Shown piece by piece: positions 1-15,315 of a stretch of DNA of 64,000 bases. Within the stretch, counting starts at the first letter, position 1, and the number at the start of each line of letters is the position of its first letter. The notes beneath the pieces were generated by a model, which had not been told where the DNA came from, made no database searches, and worked only from the letters and a program-made list of their open reading frames with translations. The position numbers and the translations under genes were made by a program. The DNA is from the human T2T-CHM13v2.0 reference genome, Homo sapiens: NCBI RefSeq assembly GCF_009914755.1, contig NC_060926.1; one strand, written 5' to 3'.

Positions 1-233
1 AAAAAAAAAAAAAAAAGGCCAGGTGTGGTGGCTCACACCTGTAATCCCAGCACTTTGGAAGGCCGAGGTGGGCAGATCACCTGAGGTCAGGAGTTCAGGA
101 CCAGCCTGGCCAACATGGTGAAACCCCGTCTCTACAGGGGTTTTGTAGAGGTAGGGTTATTTTGTAGAGGTATTTGTAAAAATACAAAAATTAGCCAGGC
201 GTGGTAGTGCGCTCCTGTAATCCCAGCTACTTA

Positions 234-395
<162 letters not shown>

Positions 396-2155
396 TTACA
401 GCAGTATATTTAAATAGACTGACAATACTATATAACAATTAAAATTTATTCAGTGCCTGGCCGGGCGCAGTGGGTTATGCCTATAATCCCCAGCACTTTG
501 GGAGGCCAAGGCAGGCGGATCACCTGAGGTCAGGAGTTCGAGAACAGCCTGGTCAACATGGTAAAACCCTGTGTCTACTAAAAATACAAAAATTAGCCAG
601 GTGTGGTGATGTGCGCCTGTAATCCCAGCTACCTAGAAGGCTGATGCAGGAGAATTGCTTGAACCCAGGAGAGGGAGGTTGCAGTGAGCCAAGATCCAGC
701 CACCACGCACTCCAGCCTGCGAGACATAGTGAGACTCTGTCTCAAAAAAAAAAAAATTATTCAGTGCCTATCATGCACTGGGCAGGGTGCTAAGCACTTT
801 ACATGTATTATATCATTTAATCCTTACATACTTTCAATGAGTACTTTCAATACTTACTATTTTTATCTTATTTTATAATAAGGAGACTAAAGGTCACTCA
901 GCTACTAAGTGACAGAGCCAGGATTCAAAGCTGGACAATTTTCTAGGTGCTGACTTTCTTAGCCACCGTACATACTGCTAATCCTTATCTAACATTGCCA
1001 GGCATAATAGGAAAATACATTTAAGATCAATCTTCCTGTCCTAATTTTCACATCACCTATTTTAGGAGAGAGAATAGAATATCAAAAAGCAACAGTTTTA
1101 TTTTAAATTTGAAAGAGTTTAAATTTGGCAAAACATATGGTTGGTACAAAAATGCTTTTCTTAGTCATTACAGAAAAAGTTCTAATTTGACAACTGAGAG
1201 CCATTTTTGTACTTTGCCATGCAGTTCCAGCTAGCTGAAGTTAAACCATTTCATGGATAAAGAAAAAAATTGAAAGTGAACTCCCATACATTTTGTTTAA
1301 ATCCTTTTTCTAATTAGACAACCAGACAATTCCTAAAAAATGAAAAAATAGCCGCAATGTCCAAGTACTTCATTTAAAATATGTATATTTCTAGTAAGAC
1401 ATTCTTCTGAAAATCTGTGTTATAAGGGAATGATTTTTCAATGACACATTAAAGAAAGGGCTGCCAACACTTTCTGTAAATAATCTTCTAACTCTGGCTC
1501 TGAACCAATCATTTCTTGCAGCTTGTATTAATAATTTATTGCTAACCAAAATCTGCACACAGTACTCTACCAATATTTGAAAAATTAAATCTGGCTTCAA
1601 CTGGGTGCATCAGCTCACACCTATAATCCCAGCACTTTGGGAGGCCAAGGCAGGAGGATCACTTGAGGGCAGAAGTTCGAGACCAGCCTGGGCAACAGAG
1701 ATCCTGTCTCTACAAAAAAATACAAAAATTGGTCAGCTGTGGTGGCATGTGCCTATAATTCCAGCTACATAGGAGGCTAAGGCAAGAGGACTGCTTGAGC
1801 CCAGGCAGTAGAAAATGCAGTGAGCCAAGACAAAAAAAAAAAATCTGGCTTTATTCTACTCAATCAATTTGAGAAAAACTACACCTGCAGAAAGCAAAAT
1901 TTTTAGAAATCCTTGAGGGTAAAAACTACAAATGCAAAATAAAAAGTCACTTAAGAGCATATACTCTATACTATCTAAAGTAGAAAGTATGAAAATGAAT
2001 GACATCATCACAGAACTTTTTACTGTTGACAATAAATAAAGCTATTACTAAAAAACTAATTCAGGCTGGGCACGGTGGCTCACGCCTATAATCCCAGCAC
2101 TTTGGGAGGCTGAGCCAGGCAGGTTACTTGAGCTCTGGAGTTCAAGACCAGCCTA

Positions 2156-2410
<255 letters not shown>

Positions 2411-4197
2411 TCAATTGGGTTTAATTTTGTATTTCAAAAATGACTCCCAGGTCCATCATCCAGAAAGATGCTCATGAAAATGTCATGAGACTTACAACAG
2501 GAAACAGGACAGAATGATAAAAAATATTTCTTCCTTTTTTTTTTTTGAGACAGTGTCTCACTCTGCTGCCCAGGCTGAAGTGCAGTGGCATGATTACAGC
2601 TCACTGCAGCCTCAACCTCCTAGGCTCAAGTGATTCTCCCACCTCAGCCTCCTGAGTAGCTGGGACTACAGGCATGCACCACCAAGCCCAGATAATTTTT
2701 GTATTTTTTTGTAAAGACAGGGTTTGACCATGTTGCTGAGGCTGGTCTTGAATTTCTTGGGCTCAAGGGATCTGCCCGCCTCAGCCTCTCAAAGTGTTGG
2801 GATTATAGGCATGAGCCACCATGCCAGCCTATTTTTTCCTATTATGCTTGGTACTAATAGGTACCTAAGGAGGTAGATGTAAACTCCCCCAAAATACAGA
2901 TTAGTGGTGCTTAAAGTCAATATCAATGACTAAAATTAATGGGTTTCCTATTTGAAAAGCCTATATGACCACATATTTCAGTCCTACAAAGTTTAAAAGT
3001 CCAATTAAAGTGGTTTAATCAGCTGAGTTACTCAGTATTTACAATATTTATATCTAAGCTATTCTGTGATCCAAGCAGTCAGGCAAGCCTGCAGGAAAGT
3101 GTTCCTCTTCTGGCCCCTGGCTACAGAAGGGGTAAGGTCTACCCTGATTTAACTCACGCCCTTAGCCAGAATCAGCCAGAGTATGGCCACAGGAATGTGT
3201 TCAAGCTAGCAATGGAAAGGAGAGGCTGAATTTATATGCTTACAGCTCCATAACACATATAGGTATACATTTACATACATACACACATGCAGACACACAT
3301 ACCCTCTCCCCTTAAACTTCCCTAACTCTACATTACAGTCATCACACTTCAAATTATTTTAAATCATATCTATTTCCCAAATTAAAGAAAATTAAAGTAT
3401 ATATCTCGTTAACAATCAAGATTATTAACAAAACCATAGTAATTAATTTTGACAAAAAAGCTTTTCTTTCTTTTTTTTGAATGTAGTTTTTTACTACATT
3501 CAAAATCCTGTGTTCTAAGGTCTGGATGAAAGCCAGAAATTTACTAATTTTAAGGGTATTCTTATCCAAAAAAAGGACAGCAGTAGCTTTAAATACATAG
3601 AATTCTTTGAAACACAATCCCCATTTGAAACTTCTTTTTGAGACAGGGTCCCACTTTGTCACCCAGGCTGGAGCACAGTGGTGTGATCACGGCTCACTGC
3701 AAGCTTGAACTCCTGGGCTAAAGGGATTCTCCCACCTCAGCCTCCCAAGCAGCTGGGACTACACGTGTGCGCCACCATGCCCAGCTAATTTTTTGTATTT
3801 TTTGTAGAGACAGGGTTTTGCTGTGTTGCCCAGGCTGGTCTCAAACTCCTGGGCTCAAGCGATCAACCTGCCTCAGCCTCTCAAAGTACTGGGATTACAG
3901 GCATGAGCCACCACACCCAGTCAGATTTTAACTTCTACAGTATTTTCATTTTGGAAATCATTTATTGAGCAACTCTTGTGTTGCAGGGGATATGTTATAC
4001 AACATACTGAGATTTCATAGATCTATTGGACAATATCCTTGCAAATACATTTTCTACTTAGAAGCCTATAAGAAAAATATAGCTTTTTTTCCTATATTCT
4101 ATCTATAGGCTTCTAAATAGAAAATATACAAATTCTCATCTTTTATGATCCACAAAATCCTAGCACAGTTCCATCAGTTTCTGAAACACAACTGCTA

Positions 4198-4389
<192 letters not shown>

Positions 4390-4535
4390 TCATGTATAAA
4401 AAAGACCTATGTAAAATTTAAACATAACCCGCAATAGAAATAATTAGAGAACTGACTTTTCATCTTCCATCTACATTATTTCCACTTACTTAGGCAAGCA
4501 ATATCTACAAACAATTCAAAATCAGGTAGAGCTCA

Positions 4536-4888
<353 letters not shown>

Positions 4889-5125
4889 TCAAAAAAAAAA
4901 AGAAACAGAATTGTATCTACATTAGTAATTTATAACCCATAGTCCCAGACTCTTGGTTATACAGGAAGGAAGCAAATAACTATAAGCTTTTTTATTTTTT
5001 TAAAAAATTTAGAATTAGGCAATAGAGTCACATGGTTCAAAACTGGTAAGGGAAAAAAGCATAAATAGTGAAAGCCTCCCTCCTTTCCTGTCCCTTACCA
5101 CGTTTCCCTCTCTCAAGATAACCTA

Positions 5126-5717
<592 letters not shown>

Positions 5718-6994
5718 TGATCCTCCCGTATCGGCCTCCCAAAGTGCTGAGATTACAGGCATGAGACACCACACCTGGCCCGTCTTTTTTTTTTGAGACT
5801 GAGTCTCACTTTGTCGCCCACGCTGGAGTGCAGTGATGCGATCCCAGCTTACTGCAACCTCCACCTCCTGGGTTCAAGTGATTCTCTTGCCTCAGCCTCC
5901 CTAGTAGCTGGGATTACAGGTGTACACCATCACACCCGGCTAATTTTTATATTTTTAGTAGAGACAGGGTTTCACCACGTTGGCCAGGCTGATCTCCAAC
6001 TCCTGACCTCAAGTGATCCACCTGCCTTGGCCTCCCAAAATGCTGGGATTACACAGCCAACGATCTTGATCACGCTTTTCGTGTTTTGTTTTGAGACAGG
6101 GTCTTGTTCTGTCACCCATGCTGGAGTACAATGGTGTGATCAGGGCTCACTGCAGCCTCAACATCCTAGGCTCAAGTGATTCTCCCACCTCAGCCTCCCA
6201 AGTAGGTGACACTACAGCTGTATGCCACCATGCCCAGCTAGTTTTTTTTTTTTTTTTACTTCTGGTAGAGATGGATTACCACTATGTTGCTCAGGCTGAT
6301 CTCCAGCTCCTGGCTCAAGTAATCCTCCCACTTTGGCCTCCCAAAGTGCTGGGATTATAGGCGTGAGCCACCATGCCCTGCCTTTTATATGCTTTTTGGA
6401 TGGAAACATATTAACCCAGTGTTGTAACTTCACTTCACTTTTTTTTTTTCTTTTTTTTTTGTGAGACGGAGTCTTGCTCTGTCGCCCAGGATGGAGTGCA
6501 GTGGTGCGATCTTGGCTCACTGCAACCTCCGCCTCCTGGGTTCAAGCAATTCTCCGCCTCAGCCTCCCAAGTAGCTGGGATTATAGATGCCCACCACCAT
6601 GCCCGGCTAATTTTTGTATTTTTAGTAGAGACAGGGTTTCACCATCTTGGCCAGGCTGGTCTTGAACTCCTGACCTCATGATCCACTAGCCTCGGCCTCC
6701 CAAAGTGCTGGGATTACAGGCGTGAGCCACAGCGCCAGGCCTCTAACTTTACTTCACTCTTACAGAGAAAACTTAATTGGCTATTTTTTATGGCTTTGAC
6801 AAACTGAAAACAAAGGAAGAAAATGAAAGCAAATATTACTGGAAAAGGAAGTAAAAGGAGACTTTAATAGTAAAAATTCTTAAAATCCCAATGCAATTTA
6901 CTTTAAAATCCGGTTTACTTGAAAATATCATCGCTATCCATTACCACTGCCACTTCATAGGAGCCATGGAAAAATTTTAAGTACAGGAGTCATT

Positions 6995-7640
6995 TATAAT
7001 TGCCAATGGGTTCACTTTGCCCACTGTCCAGATACTGCTAATTCATCAAGACAGGGGATTTGCAATAAAGAGTTTAATTCACATGGAGCCAGCTGAAAGG
7101 GAGAGTGGAGTTTTAGTACTCAGTCTCTCTGGATCTGAGGCTAGGGGTTTTCAAGGATAGACTGGCAGGCCAGGGAACGGGTGTTGCTGACTGGTTGGGG
7201 ATGCAATCATAGGGGTGCGGAAAATGATCCTCCTGAGTGCTCAGCCCGTTTGTGGGCGGGGCCACAGGACCAGTCAGAAATGCAAAAACCTGAAAAGGCT
7301 AATCTTAGGTTCTACAAGAGAGATGTTTTCTGCAGGAGTAATTGGGGAAGTTGCAACTCTTAGGACCGCCAGAATAATGGCTGGTAATCATTTACATCTA
7401 CACCTTAGCAGAATTCAGGCTCCTCTCATCCTCCAAACCTGGTGGTCTTTCATTAGCTTTATAAAGGTGGTTTAATTTTGGGAAAGGGCTATTATCATTT
7501 AAACTATAAACTAAATGTCTCCCAAAGTTAGCTTGGCCCAAGCCCGGGAATGGGCAGTCTAGAGGTTAAAGGCAAAATGATGGTCAGTTAGAACGGTCTT
7601 TCACTGTCATAATTTTCTGTTAAAATTTTTTCCAAAGGCC
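6995..7640 (-). mobile_element. LTR8-like ERV1 solitary LTR in NFU1 intron 1
   Basis: GGGTTCACTTTGCCCACTGTCCAGA...TCAAGACAGGGGATTTGCAATAAAG resembles the recalled reverse complement of LTR8/LTR8A. Boundaries approximate. Confidence 0.65.
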
Positions 7641-8059
7641 AAAATTGTTTGTGATCATACACAAGATCACATTTATCTAATTATCTTCTGCTTAAAATAG
7701 GCAAGAAGCAACAGCGGCTGCCACATTTTTTTCTCTCTCTCACAAAACTGGAATTCTTCTCGTGGAAAAGAAAGAGTGGGCACCAATTAAGTATTAACAA
7801 AATACAGATGAACTGTTTACTACCTTCAATAATCTTTATATGCCATTGATAAGCAAAAGACTACTGGGATACTGTGGGACTGTAACCCATAGAGTTTCTT
7901 AGATGCTATTGGAGAGATAAAAGGATTGGCACCGAGGATTCAAGAGAACAATGGAATCAACACTGAATGGGAATCAAATAATCTGTGAAGTCCTGACTGC
8001 CACTCCCCACACTAGCTCCAGTGTTGATCACAGTAAGAGCTGTCACCACTTTATTTTGA

Positions 8060-8397
<338 letters not shown>

Positions 8398-9439
8398 TAA
8401 TATATTTTTCTTGCTAGACTGCATACTCATTAAGGGGAGAAACTATCTTCATTTCTAGCTGCTAGCACAATGACCTCAGTTCTTCATCTCTACAATGAGA
8501 TTAGTTTCACAGCTACCTCATAAATAATCCAGAGAATCCATGTAAAGTGCTTAAACCAGTGCCAGGCCATGCAGTAAGTGCTCAATAAATGGCAGCTGCT
8601 ACCATTATTTAATTGGTGCCCAATAATTACTAATTGAGTGCAGTTCAAGGTTTGGGGTAAAAATGCCTTTTTCTATAGCTCAGTATCTAAATCTGTGAAT
8701 ACTCTGGAATTTGGAAATGCACTAGAAGAATAATATTCTCGTCCCTTCAGCCCAGGGAAAAGGCAGCAGAATGAATAAAGAGGAAGCACATTCCAACATA
8801 CAGGTTTAAAGTCTTGTTTTTTTAAAGTAAGAGTGGATTACATTATTCAAGGAAGACATCTACTCAAACACAGGAGGTAACTAACAAAAAATTCTACCAA
8901 CTTAAATCTTTTTAGGATATACATTTAAACTTCAAGAGCACCATTAACACTACAATGTCTAATACTCTAGAGGGCAAACTCTCCGTAGGCCATTTTCTCC
9001 AGACGTAAAATTAAGGTACACCTACATAAATGTCCTCTTAGCAATGTTCACAGAAGTCTTTGAAAGGTGAAACTCAAAGGTAGGGCTCAGGGAGGCGGAA
9101 AAAACAAGGGAACAGAGTGGGCTTAATGGTGGTGGGTGCAGGGAATCTAGGGGTCCTGGTTCTCGTCGGAATTCCATCACTTAGAAACTGTGTAACCTTG
9201 GACATGTCACCTCCTCTTTCAGGGCCTTACTGGGAAAATGAGGAAACGAGACAAGGTATTTTCTTCCCTTCTGTGTGACATTCTGATTCTGCGTTTAGAA
9301 GAGGAGGGAATGCACCCGGTAGAGGGCCTGGGGGCGGGAGAGGCACACGATTTTAAAACAGCTCCTCCGTTCTGGCTCTACAGCCAGTCTCTACAAGCTT
9401 CCGTACCGCAGAGACTCAAGAACTGGGTCTCTGAGCCTG

Positions 9440-9990
9440 AGAGGAAGCTCCAGAGAGTCCGCCCGGATTAGGCCACAGAAGCGCCGAGCTCCCGCACAGA
9501 CAGCCTCAGGGCTCACCCCCAACTACGGCGACAGGGCGGACCCGCCGGCTCCATCAGATGCACTACCCACCCGCCTCGAGAGAGGGTCTGCAAGGCGGCG
9601 ACCGCTCCGCTGGCTAAGCCCAGCGGCACACCTATTCGGAGCTCCAGGCTCGTCACCTACCGCCTGCGCAGCCCGGCGGCAACAGCCGCAGCTCCCCAGC
9701 CCCGCCTGGCCGTCGCCGCCATCTTAGTCCGGAGTGCCTAAGGGTCTCCCTGACAGAACCACGAAAGATCTGCGCAGCCGCAGGCTGGCCGGTAGCTGGG
9801 CGGGCACTGGGAAGAGCCCACCCTACCGGCTGCGGGCGGTCCTGCTGCGGATAAGTGCGGTGGCCTACGCGCCGAGGTTTGCAGGCTACTGCGTCACCCT
9901 GACCAAGAGAGGCCGGGGAACCTTTCCCGTTTGCGCCAACGCTTGGTTAATTCACGCAGCACTGTGAACGCATGCGTGTTTCCGTACTTT
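9440..9990 (-). promoter_or_regulatory. NFU1: CpG-island promoter and 5' UTR of NFU1
   Basis: Sharp rise in GC and CpG against an AT-rich, CpG-depleted background. YY1-type AAGATGGCGGC overlaps the start codon (9715-9725). NRF1-like GCATGCG at ~9970. Second candidate donor CCG|GTAGGG at 9827/9826. Confidence 0.9.
9661..9722 (-). CDS. NFU1: NFU1 coding exon 1 (62 nt; start of mitochondrial targeting peptide MAATARRGWGAAAVAAGLRR)
   Basis: Minus strand AAG ATG GCG GCG ACG GCC AGG CGG GGC TGG... in good Kozak context, ending at donor GCG|GTAGGT (9661/9660). Translation matches the recalled human NFU1 N-terminus; lies in a CpG island. Confidence 0.96.
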
Positions 9991-10397
9991 GTTTTCCCTG
10001 TTGGCTAGGTTTTTAGCTGGTGCTGGTGCTGCCTTGCGAATGCTGTTTCCAGCCCCTAAACCTGACCCATTCCCTCCTCTAGGACCCTACTCAGCCTCCA
10101 GGCCCAGCTCAGTGACTGCCCCCAAAGACTCCCTGGAGCATTCTTTCTAAAAGGTTCTCGCATTTCTCCTGCCCTTTTCCCATGGGTCTGATGTGGAACT
10201 GTGTCTAACCCTTCCTCATAGCTGTGCTTGTCAGCTGCCACTTGGTCATCTTGGACCAACCCGCACAGAGGATGTATCTGGTACAGTGCTGCCCTTCTCC
10301 GATTAACATGAGACTTGACTAGTTTCCAGGGCAGAGTGCCAAAGCCCATTACCTATTCTTCCAGAACCTTCCTGGAGTATTCCATTTTCTCTAGGAC

Positions 10398-10920
10398 AAC
10401 GGTTCTCAAAGTGCGGACTAGGGGCCAAAAAAAAGCAGGAGAACACGTTAGAAATGCACGTTAGAACATGTTAGAAATCCTGGGCCCCACTTTATACTTA
10501 CTGAGGCACAATCTCTGTAGGTGGGGACTAGAAATCTTTGTTACTTGCTTTTTTTTTTTTTCTTTTTCCAGAGACAGGGTCTATCTCTGTTGCCCAGGCT
10601 GGAGAGCAGGAGTGCGATCATAGCTCACCAAAACCAACTCCTGGGCTCAAGTGATTCATCCTCCAGCCTCAGCCTCCCAAAGCACTGGGATTACAGGTGT
10701 GAGCCACGGTGCCTGGCTTTTATTAGCAGTAGTAGTAGTAGTATTTTTGTAGAGAAGAGGTCTCCCTGTGTTGCCTGGGCTGCTCTTGAACTCTGCTGGC
10801 CTCAAGTGATCCCTCTCACCTGGGCCTCCAAAAGCTCTTAGGTTACCTCACCCTGCCTAGTAGTGTTTTAACAAACCCTTCCCAGGATTCTGATGCCAGC
10901 TAAAATTTGAGAATCACTGT
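10398..10920. mobile_element. MER5-like hAT remnant interrupted by an Alu (~10549-10835)
   Basis: Ends GGTTCTCAAA... and ...TTTGAGAATCACTG; internal TTAGAAATGCA motif. Confidence 0.55.
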
Positions 10921-11551
10921 TCTGGAAGACAGAGGACTGGTTTCCAGAATGGAAACAGCACACCTGTTGTTGAACAGGTTGAGGCCACACCCAAGACAAC
11001 CCTAGTAATTTCTATGGCCCACAGACACATCTAAGAGGGTGGGTGGGTTTCAGGCCTGCAGCTCGCCCGGGCCCGCACACTGAGTGGGCTGTGCCTCCTA
11101 CGAGTTTGGTTCATTCCCAATGCTGCGTACTTGCTTTTAACTACTAGTGATCTTCCCCCATCCAACCCCCCACCCAGTGATCTTCCCCCATCCAACCCCC
11201 CACCCACCCCCCCCCACACACCCATTCTAGACCGCAAGGCAGTCCAAGGCTCTGTTTTTGACCCTCAATCAAAAATAAAATGTGGCTCTTCCACCTTGGA
11301 ACAATCGTTCTTCTCAGACTTCAATTTTTCCCTCTCTGATGGATTCCTTATCATAAGAAAAATCCTGCCTTGCCCCAAATCCTCTTCCACACTCTTTTCT
11401 TCCCTTCAGAACCAAGTGGCTTAAAAAAATGGTCTGCACTCTTAGTCTCTAGTTTTTCACTTCCCACTCCTCAAACCCCTGAAACGAGGCTTCTATGTCC
11501 CACCATTCTTAGGGCCTGCTCTAGTCAAACCACCCACAGCCTCTGTGCTAC

Positions 11552-12447
11552 TGTGTCCGGAATTGGTGGGTTCTTGGTCTCGCTAACTTCAAGAATGAAG
11601 CCATGGACCCTTGTGGTGAGTGTTACAGTTCTTAAAGATGGTGTGTCCAGAGTCTGTTCCTTCAGATGGTCAGATGTGTCCGGAGTTTGTTTCTTCTGGT
11701 GGGTTCGTGGTCTCACTGACTTCAGGAGTGAAGCTGCAGACCTTTGCGATGGGTGTTACAGTTCATAAAGACAGCACGGGCCCAAAGAGTGAGCCACATC
11801 AAGATTTACTACAAAGAGCAAAAGAACAAAGCTTTCATAACATGGAAGGGGACCCAAGCAGGTTGCCACTGCTGCCTCAGGCACCCTGCTTTTATTCCCT
11901 TATCTGACCCCACCCACATCCTGCTGATTGGCCCATTTTACAGAGAGCTGATTGGTCCATTTTACAGAGTACTGATTGGTTTGTTTTACAGAGAGCTGAT
12001 TGGTCCGTTTTGACAGGGTGCTGATTGGTGCGTTTACAATCCCTGAGCTAGACATAGAGTGCTGATTGGTGTATTTACAATCCTCTAGCTAGAGTAAAAG
12101 TTCTCCAAGTCCCCACTAGGTTAGCTAGACACAGAGCACTGATTGGTGCATTTACAAACCTTGAGCTAGACACAGGGTGCTGATTGGTGTATTTACAATC
12201 CTTTAGCCAGACATAAAAGTTCTCCAAGTTCCCACCAGATTAGCTAGATACAGAGTGCTGATTGGTGCATCCATAAACCCCAAGCTAGACACAGAGTGCT
12301 GATTGATACATATACAATCCTCTGGCTAGACATAAAAGTTCTCCAAGTCCCCACCTGACTCAGGAGCCCAGCTGGCTTCGCCTAGTGGATCCCATGCCAG
12401 GGCCATGAGCAGAGCTGCCTGCCAGTCCTGCACCACAAGCCTGCACT
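11552..12447 (-). mobile_element. LTR12-family (ERV9) solitary LTR, 5'-truncated, promoter oriented toward NFU1
   Basis: Plus strand begins TGTGTCCGGAATTGGTGGGTTCTTGGTCTC (U5 end of LTR12). Tandem repeats contain 9 intact CCAAT boxes (11927-12265). AATAAAA TATA-like box at ~11890-11896. Confidence 0.92.
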
Positions 12448-12923
12448 AGAAAAAGTATCAGGCCCAGAGAGGCATTTAAAATGTAGCAGCAGTAATATCT
12501 CATTCGCCCTTGAGCTAAGTAACAACTTCTTGAAGTCACTTGCTATGTATACACTAGACTAATGTCAAGAAGCCGTTAACATGCCATGTACCCTATAGTT
12601 CAACAGTGCATGGCCAGTCACTAACAATGTTATTTCTGTAAACCAATGAGAATACCTGCTGAGCATGGTGGCTCACACCTGTAATCCCAACACTCTGGGA
12701 GGCCAAGGTGGGCAAATTGCTTGAGCCCAGGAGTTTGAGACCATGCTGGGAAACATGGAGGGTTTACAAGCATGAGCCACTAACCCTGGCAGAATAAAAA
12801 CATGTTATCTGAGGAAGGTGAGCCCCTTTAAATTATGAGGCCCATTGACTAGCCTAAAAAAGAAAAGTATCAGGGCCGGGTGCTGTGGCTCACGCCTCTA
12901 ATCCCAGCACTTGGGAGTCTCTA

Positions 12924-13283
<360 letters not shown>

Positions 13284-13707
13284 TTAATTTTGCCTCAGCT
13301 TCTTTCTTTTAGGTCAATATTTGCCTACAGTACTGTTTAATTAGGTTTCCTGTTACTCACAGATGATCAAAATCCTGTGTGGAGTAATATTAAGATGAAC
13401 AAAACAATTCCTGGTCTCAGGGAGCTCCTGGAGAAGATTTGTAAATCAACAAAGGCACTAAGGGAATAGAACGCTATGTGGGGGAGAGGAAGCATTGTCA
13501 AATGTGAAATGGTGTTTAACTTTCTTTGGGTTATATTTATATGAATGAGTTATTAATGTGTGTTTCAAAATTGTGTGAGATTCCTGTAATTCTGGTATGT
13601 CTTAGTATATGACATCAGTAATAATTATGATTATTATGTTACATCGTTGTGTGCCACAGAAATAACCAAATTTCCTTGTCAATTGTGTCTTTAACCATGG
13701 CTGTTCT

Positions 13708-13830
13708 TTTTTTTTTTTTTTTAATACTTTAAGTTTTAGGGTACATGTGCACAATGTGCAGGTTAGTTACATATGTATACATGTGCCATGCTGGTGTGCT
13801 GCACCCACTAACTCGTCATCTAGCATTAGG
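13708..13830 (-). mobile_element. Very short young L1 (L1PA2-like) 3' end
   Basis: CCTAATGCTAGATGACGAGTTAGTGGGTGCAGC...CTTAAAGTAT + poly(A); perfect 17-bp TSD TTAACCATGGCTGTTCT (13691-13707, 13831-13847). Confidence 0.92.
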
Positions 13831-14354
13831 TTAACCATGGCTGTTCTAAGAGTTTTGTCATCCACAGACAATTGTTGTTTTATTTTGATTCTTCTCAAAA
13901 AGTAGTTTATAATCAGCTGCAGTCCAAAATTTTCTTCTTTAAGGAAATTCATGGAAAGGACTCTAACAAGTACTCTTGAATACAAGTTTCCGATAACTTT
14001 GGAGATCATAGCATTGGACTATGAAAATGCTTTCCAGGACTCTAATTAAAAAGCTGATGTATTCATGAGGATTGCTAACCCAACATCAAAAAGAACAAGA
14101 GTTAATTAATGGGACTAAACCAATAGAATATTAAAGTAATTTTTGTATGTGTGTGAAGTAATTTTTAATGACTGTTTTTTGTTTGAAACATTGCTGATAA
14201 TTTTTGTTTTGTTTTTACAGAGTCAAGAAAACTTTTTTCTGTTGAGCTATTTATAGCTTACAACAAGTTGGGTAAAATATACCTTTCTGATCAAAATTTG
14301 AAGCATATTCTTTCTCTCTAAATTTCCCCAGAATTTGGAAACTATTTGTGAGAT

Positions 14355-14395
<41 letters not shown>

Positions 14396-15315
14396 AGACA
14401 AGGTCTCACTCTGTTGCCCAGGCAGGATTGCAGTGGTGCAATCTCAGCTCACTGCAGCCTCAACTTCCCAGGCTAAACTGATCCTTCCACCTCAGCCTCC
14501 CAAGCAAGTAACTGTGACTACAGGTGCCCAACACCACACTCAGCTAATTTTGTTTATTTTTTGCAGAGACAGGGTCTCACTATGTTGCCCAGGCTGCTCT
14601 CAAACTCCTGAGCTCAAGCAGTCCTCCTGCCTCAGTCTCCCAAAGTGTTGGGATTACAGGTGTGAGCCACCACACCCGGCCTATTTGTGAGTATTCTTAA
14701 TATATAGCAGTATAGTTATTTGCATAAATTCAGTAAGAATCTGTTTTCTTTTGTAACAGGACAAAATTTGAGACACTGGTTATTTTATCAAGGCTTTGAC
14801 TGGAATAGCATTTTTTTCAGATGTACTCCGACTGCTTTGAGGAATTGACATTGACTTTATAGAGCCAATAAAAAGCCCTTTGGAAAGACTGGCCTGGTAC
14901 CATGTCTATCCAATTCTTTTACAAAGTTCCTGACCTGTAATAAGTAAAGATTGTCACTTTCTGACAGGCCCAGGAAACTCAAGTTACTTTGGAACCTCAA
15001 GAAAAGTGGAATTCACCCCCAATTCATACAGGTATCTACAGGCATACATAAATCCTTGGCTTGGATAACCTCAAGAGGCTTTTAAAAAGTCAAATCTGCT
15101 ATTCCTTATGAAATGGTTCCCACAAAGCCAATTTAAAAGGAGCCTCTATGGTCAATCACTACGCTTACAGCATTGTATGCAAATAATCAGGCCAAGTACA
15201 ATAAGACTAAAACTTATTTTGTAAATAAATTGGTCCTACTATGATTTATCCTTGATAAAAATGGGAAACTAGAAAAAGAAAAATTACGTTTCAGAAGAAA
15301 ACTATAGTGTACCTG

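Noticed and set aside
9734-9967. Plus-strand ORF across the NFU1 promoter (possible divergent gene)
   Set aside because: GTG start in a GC-rich, stop-poor CpG island; no downstream exon structure seen.
11927-12350. Repeat-spacer-like array resembling CRISPR
   Set aside because: These are the CCAAT-containing tandem repeats of LTR12 in a mammalian genome; the intervening sequences are themselves repetitive and there are no cas genes.
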